NCBI GenBank assembly: GCA_002423385.1
Contig: DIVV01000044.1
Location: forward strand, 1 to 46,275
Direction of reading: 5' to 3'
Length of the DNA stretch: 46,275 nt
DNA from: a bacterium UBP16_UBA6123
Lineage (GTDB): Bacteria; Muiribacteriota; UBA9980
Below are positions 37,530 through 46,275 of the stretch, piece by piece. Every line of letters starts with the position of its first letter. Within the stretch, counting starts at the first letter, position 1. The translations under genes and the position numbers were made by a program. The notes beneath the pieces are model-generated. The model was not told the DNA's origin and did no database searches. It saw nothing but the letters and a program-made list of their open reading frames with translations.

Positions 37530-38585
37530 TTGATTAAAGTATTGATAGTAGATGATTCCGCGGTAGTCAGAAAAGTTTTGAGCGAAGAACTTTCTAAGTT
37601 CAGTGATATTTCCGTTATAGGAACGGCTCCCGACGCTTACGTGGCGCGCGAAAAAATAGTTAAATTAATGCCGGACGTGATCACCCTCGATATCGAAATG
37701 CCGCGCATGGACGGTCTTACTTTTTTAGAAAAATTAATGACGCATTTTCCGATACCGGTAGTTATAGTAAGTTCGCTCGCTCCGAAAACCAGCGATAACG
37801 CGATTAAAGCCATGATGCTCGGCGCCGTCGAGATCGTCAATAAAACGGGCTCGCAGTATTCGCTGCCGGACGTCGCCGGAAGTCTCGTGCGCGCCATTCG
37901 CAACGCCGCCGGCGCTAAAGTATTCGCGCGCGGCGTACAATCCGGCGCGGCGGCGGCAAGGGAGGTTAAACCTCAATTTACGGCTATTTCGGAAAACGAT
38001 ATTAAACTTCAAACCACTCATAAAATTATAGCCATAGGGGCTTCTACCGGCGGCACGCAGGCTACCGAAGCGGTTTTAAAAGCTCTTCCGTTGAGCTCTC
38101 CCGCTATTATTATCGTTCAGCACATGCCGGAAGGTTTTACCAATTTTTACGCTAGAAGGCTTAACGAGGTATGCGCTATCGAAGTGCGCGAAGCTAAAGA
38201 CGACGATTATCTCGTGCCGGGTATGGCGCTTCTCGCGCCTGGCGGAAAGCATATGGTGCTTCATAAAAGCGGCGCGCGTTATTTCGTCAAACTTAAAGAA
38301 GGGCCCGCGGTTCATCATCAGAAACCGAGCGTCGATGTGCTATTTCAATCAGTCGCGAGGTCGGCGGGTAAAAACGCGGTCGGCGTAATACTTACCGGGA
38401 TGGGTTCCGACGGTGCGGCCGGTCTTCTTGAAATGAAAAAAAACGGCGCCCATACCATCGCTCAGGATGAAAAAACCTGCGTGGTTTTCGGAATGCCCAA
38501 AGAAGCCATTAACGCAGGCGCGGTTGACGAAACTTTGTCCATCGACGATATCGCCCGCGCGATGCTCACGGCTTCGGCTAAATAA
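37530..38585 (+). CDS. cheB: Chemotaxis response regulator protein-glutamate methylesterase CheB
   Basis: A receiver domain (KVLIVDDSAVVR...DVITLDIEMPRMDG) is joined to a methylesterase domain (IIAIGASTGGTQA...HMPEGFT...GMGSDGA). The gene has a TTG start. Confidence 0.93.
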   Translation: MIKVLIVDDSAVVRKVLSEELSKFSDISVIGTAPDAYVAREKIVKLMPDVITLDIEMPRMDGLTFLEKLMTHFPIPVVIVSSLAPKTSDNAIKAMMLGAVEIVNKTGSQYSLPDVAGSLVRAIRNAAGAKVFARGVQSGAAAAREVKPQFTAISENDIKLQTTHKIIAIGASTGGTQATEAVLKALPLSSPAIIIVQHMPEGFTNFYARRLNEVCAIEVREAKDDDYLVPGMALLAPGGKHMVLHKSGARYFVKLKEGPAVHHQKPSVDVLFQSVARSAGKNAVGVILTGMGSDGAAGLLEMKKNGAHTIAQDEKTCVVFGMPKEAINAGAVDETLSIDDIARAMLTASAK

Positions 38586-38613
38586 AGATTTGTTTTGACA
38601 CTTCGTTTAAAAT

Positions 38614-39522
38614 ATGATAAAATTTCATATTATGAATGAAGGTTTTCACGCACAACTAAACGACAGGCTCAAAAACATAAAATATCTCGCAATCGATATG
38701 GACGGTACTTTACTGCCCGACGATAAAAACATACCCGATTTTACATTCGATGTTCTCTGCGAAGCACGCGCCGCCGGATATACGCTTTGTATATGCACGG
38801 GGCGTTCTTTTAACGGCGTTTATAAATATGAGCGGCTCAGAAGCGTTATAAGCTATTACGTATGCTTCGAGGGCGGCTATATAGTCGATAACACCGATTC
38901 TTCAAATCCCGTTCTTATTCACAATTATTGCATACCAGAAAAAGAAGTGCAAGTTATTACTCGCGCGTGCAGGGAGGCGGGCGTTATGCTCGCGCTTCTA
39001 TCCGATAATGAAGGTTTTTGTCTTAACTGCGACGACGACGTATTTTCGAGCGTCAGAATATGGGGAGCGGTTCCGGGCGTTACAGATTACGATAAAATCG
39101 GCGCAGCGGTCCTGGGCCGTTCTATTTATATAGCATTGGTTTACGGCGGGCGCGACCAGATAAATTGCGTATGGGATAATTTTTCAAAAGAAATTAAAAG
39201 CGGTTTCGACGTTATAGATACTTACCTGGATTTTAAAGATATTCATCACCTCGTACTTAAGGCCCCCGGCGTTAATAAATGGAACGGAATCGCGCGCGTG
39301 CTCGAGTTAAACGGAGTTAAAGCCGATAATTTAATAGCTTTCGGCGACTGGCACAACGATTTCGAAATGATAAAAAACGCAGGGGTGGGCGTCGCCATGA
39401 AAAATGCCGAACGCGCCATAATTGAAGCGGCCCTGGTTATCACCAGTCATAATAACAACGAGGAAGGCGTGGCTAAATTTATAAAAGAAAAATTATTCTC
39501 GATACGCGAAAATAATTTATAA
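38614..39522 (+). CDS. Cof-type HAD-IIB family hydrolase
   Basis: Motif I LAIDMDGTLL is present, with the C-terminal motifs (IAFGDWHNDFEMIKNAGVGVAMKNA). Confidence 0.75.
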   Translation: MIKFHIMNEGFHAQLNDRLKNIKYLAIDMDGTLLPDDKNIPDFTFDVLCEARAAGYTLCICTGRSFNGVYKYERLRSVISYYVCFEGGYIVDNTDSSNPVLIHNYCIPEKEVQVITRACREAGVMLALLSDNEGFCLNCDDDVFSSVRIWGAVPGVTDYDKIGAAVLGRSIYIALVYGGRDQINCVWDNFSKEIKSGFDVIDTYLDFKDIHHLVLKAPGVNKWNGIARVLELNGVKADNLIAFGDWHNDFEMIKNAGVGVAMKNAERAIIEAALVITSHNNNEEGVAKFIKEKLFSIRENNL

Positions 39523-39577
39523 GTTTATAAAGTAATAAAATAAAAGTTAAAAAATAATGCGACGGGATTGAGTTGAA

Positions 39578-40636
39578 ATGAAAATTTTAGTTACGGGCGC
39601 GGCTGGTTTTATCGGATTTCATCTTGTAAAAAAACTCGCCGACAGAGGCGACGAAGTCGTCGGATTGGATAATATCAACGATTACTATGATCTTAATTTA
39701 AAATACGCCCGCCTTAAAGAAACGGGTATAGAAAAAGATCGTATAGAATACGGGCGCGAAGTGGAAAGCGCGGTTTATCGAAATTATAAATTCATTAAAT
39801 TAAACCTTGAAGATCGTGATGGCGTGAGCGCTTTATTTAAAAAAGAAAAATTCGACGCCGTATGTAATCTTGCCGCTCAGGCGGGCGTGCGATATTCGCT
39901 TATCAACCCCGGCGCCTACGTCGATTCAAATATATCAGGATTCGTTAATATTGCTGAAGCCTCGCGGCATAACGGCGTCGGTCATTTAGTTTACGCTTCG
40001 AGTTCATCGGTTTACGGTTTGAACGAACGGATGCCTTTTTCAACTTCGGACAACGTCGATCATCCGATATCGCTTTATGCGGCGAGCAAAAAAGCTAATG
40101 AATTAATGGCGCACACTTACAGTCATTTATTCAACATGCCGACTACCGGCCTTCGCTTCTTTACGGTTTACGGGCCTTATGGAAGGCCTGATATGGCGCT
40201 TTTTCTTTTTTGCCGCGCTATAATCGAAAATAAGCCCATCGATGTATATAATTACGGCGATATGAAGCGGGACTTTACATATATCGACGATATTATCGAA
40301 GGCGTGGCGCGCGTGATAGACAGGCCGGCGGCTAAAGACGAAAATTGGAGCGGAATGCGGCCCAACCCGCAATCCAGCCGTGCGCCTTATAAAATATATA
40401 ATATCGGAAACGGCCGGCCGGTAAAATTACTCGATTTTATAGAGGCTATCGAAGAAAACCTCGGTAAAAAGGCCGTCAAAAACATGCTTGAAATGCAGCC
40501 TGGCGATGTTTATGCTACCTGGGCCGATACGAACGGGCTCTGTGAAGATATGGATTACCGGCCGGCTACGGATATCAAAGACGGCGTTAAAAAATTCATT
40601 GAATGGTATATTAAATTCTACGGAGTGAAGTTATGA
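39578..40636 (+). CDS. NAD-dependent nucleotide-sugar epimerase (UDP-glucuronate 4-epimerase-like, SDR family)
   Basis: The product shows [16 protein letters not shown], the DNxNDYYD signature and the YAASKKANE catalytic motif. Confidence 0.85.
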   Translation: MKILVTGAAGFIGFHLVKKLADRGDEVVGLDNINDYYDLNLKYARLKETGIEKDRIEYGREVESAVYRNYKFIKLNLEDRDGVSALFKKEKFDAVCNLAAQAGVRYSLINPGAYVDSNISGFVNIAEASRHNGVGHLVYASSSSVYGLNERMPFSTSDNVDHPISLYAASKKANELMAHTYSHLFNMPTTGLRFFTVYGPYGRPDMALFLFCRAIIENKPIDVYNYGDMKRDFTYIDDIIEGVARVIDRPAAKDENWSGMRPNPQSSRAPYKIYNIGNGRPVKLLDFIEAIEENLGKKAVKNMLEMQPGDVYATWADTNGLCEDMDYRPATDIKDGVKKFIEWYIKFYGVKL

Positions 40637-41910
40637 AAAAATCAGCGATTAAAAGCGGCAAAATTAAAATAGGCGTTATAGGCCTGGGTTACGTAGGCCT
40701 GCCGCTGGCCGTTGAATTTGGACGTTTATACGAAGTGACGGGTTTTGACATCAGCGAAAACCGCGTCGCCGAGCTTAAAAAAGGCGTCGATAAAACCCTG
40801 GAAGTCGCGCGCGGCGAGCTTAAAAACTCGGCTTTTTTAAGGTTCACTTCTAAAGCGGCCGATTTAAAAGGCTGCAATTACTATATAGTGAGCGTTCCCA
40901 CGCCGGTTAATGAGCATAAAATACCCGATCTGGGTCCGCTTTTAAGTGCCTGCGAAACCGTCGGCCGGCTTTTGACGAAAGGCGATATAGTAATATTTGA
41001 ATCTACCGTGTATCCGGGCGCGACTGAAGAAGACTGCGTGCCGGTACTCGAGAAACACTCAGGGCTTAAATTCAACCGTGATTTTTATTGCGGTTACAGT
41101 CCGGAGCGGATAAATCCAGGCGATAAGAAACATACGCTCGTGAATATAAAAAAGGTCACTTCCGCTTCCACGCCCGCCGCGGCGGCTAAGGTCGATGCTC
41201 TTTACAAATCGATAATCACCGCGGGCACTCATCTTGCGCCTTCCATAAAAGTGGCGGAGGCCGCGAAGGTAATCGAAAATTCTCAACGCGATATTAACAT
41301 AGCTTTTATCAACGAGCTTTCAAAAATATTCAATAAAATGAATATAGATACCGGCGACGTACTTGCCGCCGCCGCTACCAAGTGGAATTTTCTTTCATTC
41401 AAGCCGGGTCTTGTCGGCGGGCACTGCATAGGCGTCGATCCTTATTATTTGACTTACAAAGCGCAAAGCCTCGGATATATACCCGAAATAATACTCGCCG
41501 GCCGGCGTTTGAACGATAATATGGGCGGCTATGTGGCAAACCAGATTATAAAGCTGATGATAAAAAAAGAGATATTGATCAATAAGTCGAAAGTCCTGGT
41601 TCTGGGAATGACTTTTAAAGAAAACTGCCCGGATATACGCAACTCGCGTGTTATAGATATAATTAACGAAATGCGCGAATTCGGAGCGGATGTCGGCGTA
41701 TTTGATCCGTGGGCCGACGCGGCGGAGGTTTGCGCCGAATATGGCGTTAAATTAGTTAAAGATATTAAAAATCAAAAATATGACGCGATAGTTCTGGCGG
41801 TAGCGCATGAAGCCTTCGCCGCCCTGGATATCGAGTCATTAAAAAAGAAAAAATCGGTTATATACGACGTTAAAGGTTTTTTAACTATAGCCGTCGATGG
41901 AAGGTTGTAA
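40633..41910 (+). CDS. Nucleotide-sugar dehydrogenase (UDP-glucose/GDP-mannose dehydrogenase family; WbpA/TviB-like)
   Basis: The Rossmann motif [13 protein letters not shown] and the catalytic Cys context [12 protein letters not shown] are present. The gene overlaps the preceding stop by 4 nt. Confidence 0.85.
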   Translation: MKKSAIKSGKIKIGVIGLGYVGLPLAVEFGRLYEVTGFDISENRVAELKKGVDKTLEVARGELKNSAFLRFTSKAADLKGCNYYIVSVPTPVNEHKIPDLGPLLSACETVGRLLTKGDIVIFESTVYPGATEEDCVPVLEKHSGLKFNRDFYCGYSPERINPGDKKHTLVNIKKVTSASTPAAAAKVDALYKSIITAGTHLAPSIKVAEAAKVIENSQRDINIAFINELSKIFNKMNIDTGDVLAAAATKWNFLSFKPGLVGGHCIGVDPYYLTYKAQSLGYIPEIILAGRRLNDNMGGYVANQIIKLMIKKEILINKSKVLVLGMTFKENCPDIRNSRVIDIINEMREFGADVGVFDPWADAAEVCAEYGVKLVKDIKNQKYDAIVLAVAHEAFAALDIESLKKKKSVIYDVKGFLTIAVDGRL

Positions 41911-41914
41911 TAAT

Positions 41915-42796
41915 ATGAAAGCTATTATTTTAGCCGGGGGTGCAGGTACAAGATTGCATCCGATAACTAAGGCCATTTCAAAACAATTGCTTCCGGTTTA
42001 TGACAAGCCCATGATTTATTATCCGCTTTCAGTGATTATGCTTTCGGGTATCAGGGAAGTTCTTTTAATTTCTACGCCTAACGATCTGGCTAAATTTGAA
42101 GAGCTTTTAGGAGATGGCAGCCGGTTCGGCATTTCGATTCAATACGCCGCGCAGGCCGCTCCGAACGGAATCGCCGAGGCGTTTATAATAGGCGAAAAGT
42201 TTATAGGCGGCGATTGCGTATGCCTGATATTGGGCGATAATATATTTTATGGATTTTCATTCAGTGATATGCTTAAAAAAGCGGCCGCGCTCAAAGAAGG
42301 CGCCATGGTTTTCGGTTATTATGTAAAAGATCCCGAGCGCTACGGTGTGGTGGATTTTAATGATAATATGACCGTAGTTTCGATAGAAGAAAAGCCGAAA
42401 AATCCAAAATCGCATTATGCGGTTACTGGCCTCTATTTTTATGATAATAAAGTCGTTGAAATAGCTAAAAATATAAAACCGTCCGCTCGCGGCGAACTCG
42501 AAATAACCGACGTGAATAACGCTTACTTGAAGGCTGGCTCGCTCAAGCTCGAATTAATGGGGCGCGGCATGGCGTGGCTGGATACGGGCACGCACGAAAG
42601 TCTTTTAGAGGCAAGCGTATTCATCGAAACCATCGAGCACCGTCAGGGTCTTAAAATAGCCTGTCTGGAAGAAATAGCCTATAATCGAGGATATATAGGC
42701 AGGCAGAAACTTTTAGAGTACGCAGCGGAGCTTAAAAATAATCAGTACGGACAATATCTGGCGCAGATAGCCGAAATGAAACCCGGTCTGAAATAA
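41915..42796 (+). CDS. rfbA: Glucose-1-phosphate thymidylyltransferase
   Basis: [38 protein letters not shown] is the canonical RfbA/RmlA N-terminus. The ATG at 41915 follows GGAAGG. The ORF-track start at 41897 lies inside the upstream gene. Confidence 0.92.
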   Translation: MKAIILAGGAGTRLHPITKAISKQLLPVYDKPMIYYPLSVIMLSGIREVLLISTPNDLAKFEELLGDGSRFGISIQYAAQAAPNGIAEAFIIGEKFIGGDCVCLILGDNIFYGFSFSDMLKKAAALKEGAMVFGYYVKDPERYGVVDFNDNMTVVSIEEKPKNPKSHYAVTGLYFYDNKVVEIAKNIKPSARGELEITDVNNAYLKAGSLKLELMGRGMAWLDTGTHESLLEASVFIETIEHRQGLKIACLEEIAYNRGYIGRQKLLEYAAELKNNQYGQYLAQIAEMKPGLK

Positions 42797-42878
42797 AACG
42801 GGTTCATCTGCATCCATATCCCATATCCCTTATAAATTATAATTGACTTTTATCGAATAATATAATAAAATATAGCCT

Positions 42879-43745
42879 ATGATACAACCATTGAGCGGCA
42901 ACGTAAAAATAAACCGTTTTACCGATAATCGTCTTATATTAGGTCTTTTACTTATCGTGCTGTTACTTTTAACGGCTATAGTCGATGATAAGTTCGACAA
43001 GCCTAAAGTGGTTGAGTTTTATGATGGGCTGAAAACGCACGTAGTCAAAACTTACGAAAACGACGTCGATTCTTTTTTAAGAAGCCAGAATGTATCTCTT
43101 TCAAAAAGCGATATACTTTTGAACTCGCTTTCAGAACTTCTGGTTGATTCGATGGAAATACGCCTGATAAAAGTCAGTGAAGAAATAACTATTGAAGAAG
43201 AAACTATCAATTATAAACAGCTTATGATTTCTTCGAACTATATTCCCGATGGCCATATTATTGAGTTAAGGCCGGGCCTGGCAGGCTTGAAGAAAAATTA
43301 CTATAAACTTACATGTCAGAATTCAATTCAAAAATCAAGACAGCTTTTAGGCGAAGTGATTTGTGAAAAACCGGTGGATCGTATTATTTTGTGCCAGCCA
43401 GGCTCTTTGCGTGAAGCCGCAGGCGCGGCGGCGGAGCTTATGAGCGTCAACGTAACGCTTGCAAACGATTTGCAGGCCCGCTGGAAGGATGCGCTCGGCG
43501 ACAACGGAGCGATGCTTGGAATCGCGCTGTTTCCTGCCGGTATTATTGGAGAAAATTCCATAGTCGAGATCGAGGGTTACGGAAGGTTTATAGTCAAAAA
43601 CGAGGCCCGGAAGAGCAGCGAGCCGGACGCCGTGAAGGCGGCGCCGGTTTCAACGTTTCCGATTAATATAAAACTGGTTATGCCCATTGAAATATCGAAG
43701 AATTTAAGCGCGCGTAAAAAAAACGCGAGCGTAAGGCTTATCTAA
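42879..43745 (+). CDS. Hypothetical membrane-anchored protein with DUF348-like and G5-like segments (YabE-like)
   Basis: An N-terminal TM helix is followed by a ubiquitin-like DUF348 pattern (VVEFYDGLKTHVVKTYENDVDSFLRSQNVSLSKSDIL...IRLIKV) and a G5-like region (EEETINYKQLMISSNYIPDGHIIELRPGLAGLKKNYYKL). The assignment is weak. Confidence 0.4.
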   Translation: MIQPLSGNVKINRFTDNRLILGLLLIVLLLLTAIVDDKFDKPKVVEFYDGLKTHVVKTYENDVDSFLRSQNVSLSKSDILLNSLSELLVDSMEIRLIKVSEEITIEEETINYKQLMISSNYIPDGHIIELRPGLAGLKKNYYKLTCQNSIQKSRQLLGEVICEKPVDRIILCQPGSLREAAGAAAELMSVNVTLANDLQARWKDALGDNGAMLGIALFPAGIIGENSIVEIEGYGRFIVKNEARKSSEPDAVKAAPVSTFPINIKLVMPIEISKNLSARKKNASVRLI

Positions 43746-43821
43746 GCGTAAGGCAAATGATAAATAATGATATATCTCGATGGCGCATGAAAGTTAAAGA
43801 TAAAATTATAAAAATAAATGA

Positions 43822-44421
43822 ATGCAGGTGAAAAAAATGCCCGTAAAAAAAAGCGCTAAAGCTCCGCAGAAGAATAAAACTACAGGCCATCCTTCTCCGG
43901 GTGCGGAAAAGAAAATTTCGAATCCCGGTGAATTGTTTAATTTAATTAAATATCTCGAAACCGAAAAAGTCGATGAGTTCGAATACAGCGAAGCGGATTT
44001 CAGCGTAAGTTTAAAAAGAACGGTTAAAAACGATTTTAATAATAACGCCGGTTTTGATGCAAGCCTGTTGAATATGCTCATAAACAGGCCGGCCGCCGCG
44101 AGCGTTGCGCCGCGGTCTCCGGGCGCCTCGGAAAAAATTGAAAGTAAAAAAGCGGAGCAGCCGGCGGAAGATGAAAGCAAATTTAAATTTATAGAATCGC
44201 CTATTATCGGAACTTTTTATCGCGCGCCGTCACCGAGTTCGCCCGCATACGCGGAAGTCGGCCAGAAGGTGAAAAAAGGCCAGGTAGTTTGTATAGTCGA
44301 AGCGATGAAGTTGATGAACGAAATCAAATCGGAATGCGACGGGGTTATCGAAAGAATTTGCGTCGAAAATGGTACTTTAGTGCAGACAAAACAGCGGCTG
44401 TTTTACGTTACGGCCGAATAA
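43822..44421 (+). CDS. accB: Biotin carboxyl carrier protein (BCCP)
   Basis: The N-terminal LIKYLETEKVDEFEY region, a Pro/Ala linker and the biotinyl domain IIGTFYRAPSPSSPAYAEVGQKVKKGQVVCIVEAMKLMNEI are all present. Confidence 0.8.
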   Translation: MQVKKMPVKKSAKAPQKNKTTGHPSPGAEKKISNPGELFNLIKYLETEKVDEFEYSEADFSVSLKRTVKNDFNNNAGFDASLLNMLINRPAAASVAPRSPGASEKIESKKAEQPAEDESKFKFIESPIIGTFYRAPSPSSPAYAEVGQKVKKGQVVCIVEAMKLMNEIKSECDGVIERICVENGTLVQTKQRLFYVTAE

Positions 44422-44472
44422 TTTCCGGGACGCGTTAAGCGTTATTATATTTAATTTTCAAGGAGTACTTTT

Positions 44473-45882
44473 ATGTCTGATAATGTTTTTGATATTATAG
44501 TTTTAGGCGGCGGTCCGGGCGGATATACGGCGGCAGTCAAGGCGGCCCGCGCCGGCATGAAAACCGCGCTTATCGAGGCCGATAATCTCGGCGGCACATG
44601 TCTTAACCGCGGCTGCATTCCGACAAAAGCGCTTTTAGCTTCGGCCCATGCTTATCACGAAATGAAAAAAGCCCATGAGTTCGGCGTCGAGTGCGAAAAA
44701 ATATCGTTTAGCCTCGAAAAAATAATGAAGCGCAAAGACGATATAGTTTCTAAACTGCGCGACGGAATCGCCCATCTTATAAAAGCCAATAAAATAACTC
44801 ATATAAAGGGATTTGGAAAGATAACCGGAGAACATAGTATTTCCGTCGGCGAAACCGGAAATTTCACTTTTAAAAAACTCATTATCGCCACCGGTTCGAA
44901 ACCTCTCAATCTTCCTTTGATGCCGCCTAATTCACCTTATATGATAAACTCCGATCAGGCGCTTAATCTTAGTAAACTGCCCAAAAAACTGCTCGTAATA
45001 GGCGGCGGAGTTATCGGCGTCGAAATGGCTAATTTTTTCGCGTTTTTAGGCGTAAACGTTTGCATAGTCGAACTTATGCCTCAGCTTCTGCCGTCGGAAG
45101 ACGCATCGATCGCCAGGCGCCTCGCCTCGATTTTTAAAAAATACGGCATAAGCGTTAAAACCGGTAAAAAAGTATCTGAAATTAAAGAAGACCGCCAGGC
45201 CGGCTGCGTTATTGTGAAACTCGAAGGCGAAAACGATCCGGCGAGTTTCGATATGGTGCTTCAGGCGGTTGGCCGTTCGAGAAATATAAGCGATATAGGT
45301 CTTGAAAAAGCATCGGTGAAAACTGACGGCAAGAAAATAGTCGTTGACCAATATTTTCAGACATCGAATTCCGATATCTTCGCCATAGGCGATTGCGCCT
45401 CCGATATAATGCTCGCCCACCTGGCCTCGCATCAGGCCGTAACGGCCGCTTACAATGCCTCCTGCGCGTCGCGCGAGCAAATGCATAAGCTCGACGCCGC
45501 AGTGCCGTCCTGTGTTTATACGATTCCCGAGGTCGCTTCCTGCGGCATGAGCGCCGATAAAGCTAAAAAAGCCGGTATCGAAACCGTTTCAGGAAAATAT
45601 ATGTTTAATATGCTCGGCCGCGCCATGTGTATGCAGGCAAATGAAGGATTGGTAGAAATTTTTGCCGATTCCGCCACGCAGAAAATAACGGGCGCTAATA
45701 TTCTGGGGCCTTCCGCCACTGAGCTTATATGCTGCGTACAGTCCGCCATGGTATCCGGATTGAGCGCGAAGGAATTTTGTGAAAAAATGATATTCGCGCA
45801 TCCGACGCTTTCGGAAGCTATGGGCGAGGCTTTCGCCGATATTTTCGGCGGGGCGGTCCATGTGGCTCCGCCTTTGCATTAA
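44473..45882 (+). CDS. lpdA: Dihydrolipoyl dehydrogenase
   Basis: The FAD motif DIIVLGGGPGGYTAAVKAA, the redox-active disulfide GGTCLNRGCIPTK and the C-terminal HPTLSEA interface motif are present. Confidence 0.92.
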   Translation: MSDNVFDIIVLGGGPGGYTAAVKAARAGMKTALIEADNLGGTCLNRGCIPTKALLASAHAYHEMKKAHEFGVECEKISFSLEKIMKRKDDIVSKLRDGIAHLIKANKITHIKGFGKITGEHSISVGETGNFTFKKLIIATGSKPLNLPLMPPNSPYMINSDQALNLSKLPKKLLVIGGGVIGVEMANFFAFLGVNVCIVELMPQLLPSEDASIARRLASIFKKYGISVKTGKKVSEIKEDRQAGCVIVKLEGENDPASFDMVLQAVGRSRNISDIGLEKASVKTDGKKIVVDQYFQTSNSDIFAIGDCASDIMLAHLASHQAVTAAYNASCASREQMHKLDAAVPSCVYTIPEVASCGMSADKAKKAGIETVSGKYMFNMLGRAMCMQANEGLVEIFADSATQKITGANILGPSATELICCVQSAMVSGLSAKEFCEKMIFAHPTLSEAMGEAFADIFGGAVHVAPPLH

Positions 45883-45894
45883 GGGGCGCCTGAT

Positions 45895-46275
45895 ATGCCC
45901 ACGCTATTTTCCCGTTATCGTAAATATTTAGGCCATAAAGAGCAGCTTCCTTATTATGGACTCTACGAGGGCAATACGCCGCTCGTCCGTTCGAAGTCTC
46001 TGGGCGGCGAGCTCGGCGGTAACATCGATCTTTTTTTCAAGCAGGAAAACGTCAATCCGTCGTATTCATTTAAAGACAGGGGCGTTTCAAACGCCGTTGC
46101 CGCCGCCCGATATAAAGGGCGGCCGGGCATTGTCTGCTGCAGCGCCGGAAATCTTGGAATTTCATGCGCTATGTATGCGGCGCGCGCAAGTTTGAAGGCG
46201 GTCGTTTTAATTCCGAAATTATTCGCCAACGAAGAAAAGATAAAGCGCATCCAGATGTATGAAGCCAGCGTTATA
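45895..46275 (+). CDS. thrC: Threonine synthase, 3'-truncated by the window edge
   Basis: MPTLFSRYRKYLGHKEQLPYYGLYEGNTPLV...SFKDRG carries the PLP-lysine motif. This frame was not listed in the ORF track because there is no stop codon inside the window. The RBS is AAGGGG. Confidence 0.75.
   Translation, partial: MPTLFSRYRKYLGHKEQLPYYGLYEGNTPLVRSKSLGGELGGNIDLFFKQENVNPSYSFKDRGVSNAVAAARYKGRPGIVCCSAGNLGISCAMYAARASLKAVVLIPKLFANEEKIKRIQMYEASVI

Noticed and set aside
45956-46250. ORF-track entries 45956..46195 (+) and 45963..46250 (-)
   Set aside because: Both are out of frame with, or antisense to, the thrC reading frame that starts at 45895 and carries the SFKDRG PLP motif. Their translations are low-complexity Arg/Ser/Ala strings.
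1-46275. CRISPR arrays, transposases, integrases, phage genes and rRNA genes
   Set aside because: No direct-repeat/spacer architecture was seen. No transposase, recombinase or phage-like protein signature appears in any frame. No rRNA-like sequence is present. The 549-bp repeats are intragenic and in-frame within the MCP gene, not a CRISPR or an IS element.

Overview
This 46.3-kb window from an AT-rich, probably diderm bacterium is mostly chromosomal backbone, with a few stretches that look accessory or regulatory. It opens inside fusA (EF-G) and runs through tuf, rpmG, tRNA-Trp, secE, nusG and rplK-rplA-rplJ-rplL, with promoters, a leader attenuator and a bidirectional terminator that can be read off the DNA. 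On the minus strand there follow a flotillin (SPFH) and NfeD/YqiJ-like pair, a HAD-IB hydrolase, an ankyrin-repeat protein with a central transmembrane helix, a Tim44-like membrane protein and a porin-like outer-membrane protein. Next comes a roughly 1-kb non-coding island (14875-15897) that holds two related G/A-rich hairpins, two perfect 27-nt GC palindromes, a polypyrimidine tract of about 100 nt and a purine 9-mer tandem repeat. Downstream are a class III aminotransferase, a tandem UspA protein, the block DUF512-der-plsY-gpsA, a VanW-domain protein, an NHL/TPR propeller protein, an orphan partner-switching pair (RsbW-like kinase plus STAS antagonist, no sigma factor beside it), lepA and a small ACT protein. 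A chemosensory cluster follows: cheA with two Hpt domains, cheW, an MCP built from a triplicated 549-bp repeat encoding a poly-HAMP-like array, cheR, cheD and cheB, with no cheY. The window ends with a Cof-type HAD hydrolase, three nucleotide-sugar genes (epimerase, dehydrogenase, rfbA), a DUF348/G5 YabE-like protein, accB without accC, lpdA and the 5' part of thrC. I found no transposase, integrase, CRISPR array or rRNA. Coordinates come from the ORF track and manual counting and may be off by 1-2 nt. All homology calls rest on recognised motifs, not on any database search.
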